This document shows, piece after piece, positions 63,299-64,000 of a DNA stretch of 64,000 nucleotides. The translations under genes were made by a program, and so were the position numbers. The DNA lies in assembly GCA_003427395.1 (NCBI GenBank), contig BFEA01000025.1:5056435-5120434 (forward strand). The letters run 5' to 3'. Source of the DNA: Chara braunii (lineage: Eukaryota; Plantae; Charophyceae). The notes under the pieces are model-generated. The model was not told the DNA's origin. It did not search any database and saw only the letters and a program-made list of their open reading frames with translations. The first letter of the stretch is position 1, and each line of letters begins with the position of its first letter.

Positions 63299-63436
63299 TC
63301 ACCCGGCGTAGTCCGCTCTCGAGAACTTGTCTTCTGGGTAGAAGGTAGCAATAACCGTGTTCCCACCAAACTTCCGCCCATGAAGGGACGCCTTCGCCTT
63401 CATCGCAGCCCCCGTGTCAGAATACTCCACGAATAC
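63299..63436 (-). CDS. U2AF65: Terminal coding exon of a second U2AF large subunit paralog (VFVEYSDTGAAMKAKASLHGRKFGGNTVIATFYPEDKFSRADYAG*)
   Basis: Same 138-nt length and splice position as 39818-39955; TGCAG acceptor; TGA stop; not in the ORF track. Confidence 0.93.
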   Translation of the reverse strand, partial: VFVEYSDTGAAMKAKASLHGRKFGGNTVIATFYPEDKFSRADYAG

Positions 63437-64000
63437 CTGCATGCGAATTTATAAAACAAAGTACAACAACAGCCAATCAGCACATTAGAGCGTGTCCATC
63501 ACACCCCATTCCCCGTGCGACAATGCGGGGTTATTTACATCTGCATCCGGAATTATTTTTATGCCAAATGCCACACACAGATGTAACCACCTGGTACCAT
63601 ATCAAGTAGAAGAACAGAGGTATGCGCCGCATTTGGGTAAACATCAAGGTCAAGTGGAATAGCGGCAGGGGAGAGTACGGCATTGGAGAGACCACTGTGC
63701 CTGTATGTCATGCTGCTGCATAGTGGAATGACTCGTCCTTCGCGGCCTCTGAAATCGGTTGCACTCCGGAGGCAGTGCGTTCTAGCAAATTTTGGGCCCA
63801 GGACAGCTCACATTGCAAGAGCACCGCGCCCTGAGGTAGTGTGGGGCCGTGCCAAGCATCGAAAAAGAGCTACCATGGACCGTCTTGGTGAAAGATTCAT
63901 CACTTCGCCGTCCAATCAGTCATTCACCGTGCCTTCGTTGCTGCCAAAGAGATGGAAGCCCAAGGTACCACTCTGCTGCCGATCTTTTTTTTTTCCCCCG

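Overview
Eukaryotic, TE- and microsatellite-rich genomic DNA with several N gaps. It looks like a streptophyte alga or plant (plant-type U6 and U2AF65, very long TE-filled introns); Chara is a plausible source, but that is inference. The backbone is a + strand gene for the splicing factor U2AF large subunit (U2AF65). Sixteen exons run from 12527 to the stop at 39955 (15 well supported, 1 tentative poly-Ala exon); the N-terminal RS exons were not found in the window. The last exon of a second, strongly diverged U2AF65 paralog lies on the - strand at 63299-63436, tail-to-tail with the first. Other elements: a degenerate chromovirus-type Ty3/gypsy retrotransposon (4928-11725), a 5'-truncated L1/Tx1-type LINE, three MITE families (TTAA-, TA- and 8-bp-TSD types), tRNA-derived SINE-like repeats, a plastid rbcL fragment and a mitochondrial cox1 fragment. 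The two most notable hidden signals are (i) dispersed non-coding repeats carrying type III hammerhead ribozyme motifs (about 335, 680, 22790, 31065, plus partial copies) and (ii) about nine U6 snRNA-derived copies, all on the + strand, including a head-to-tail array of four full-length copies inside a U2AF65 intron. Almost all ORFs in the supplied track are spurious.
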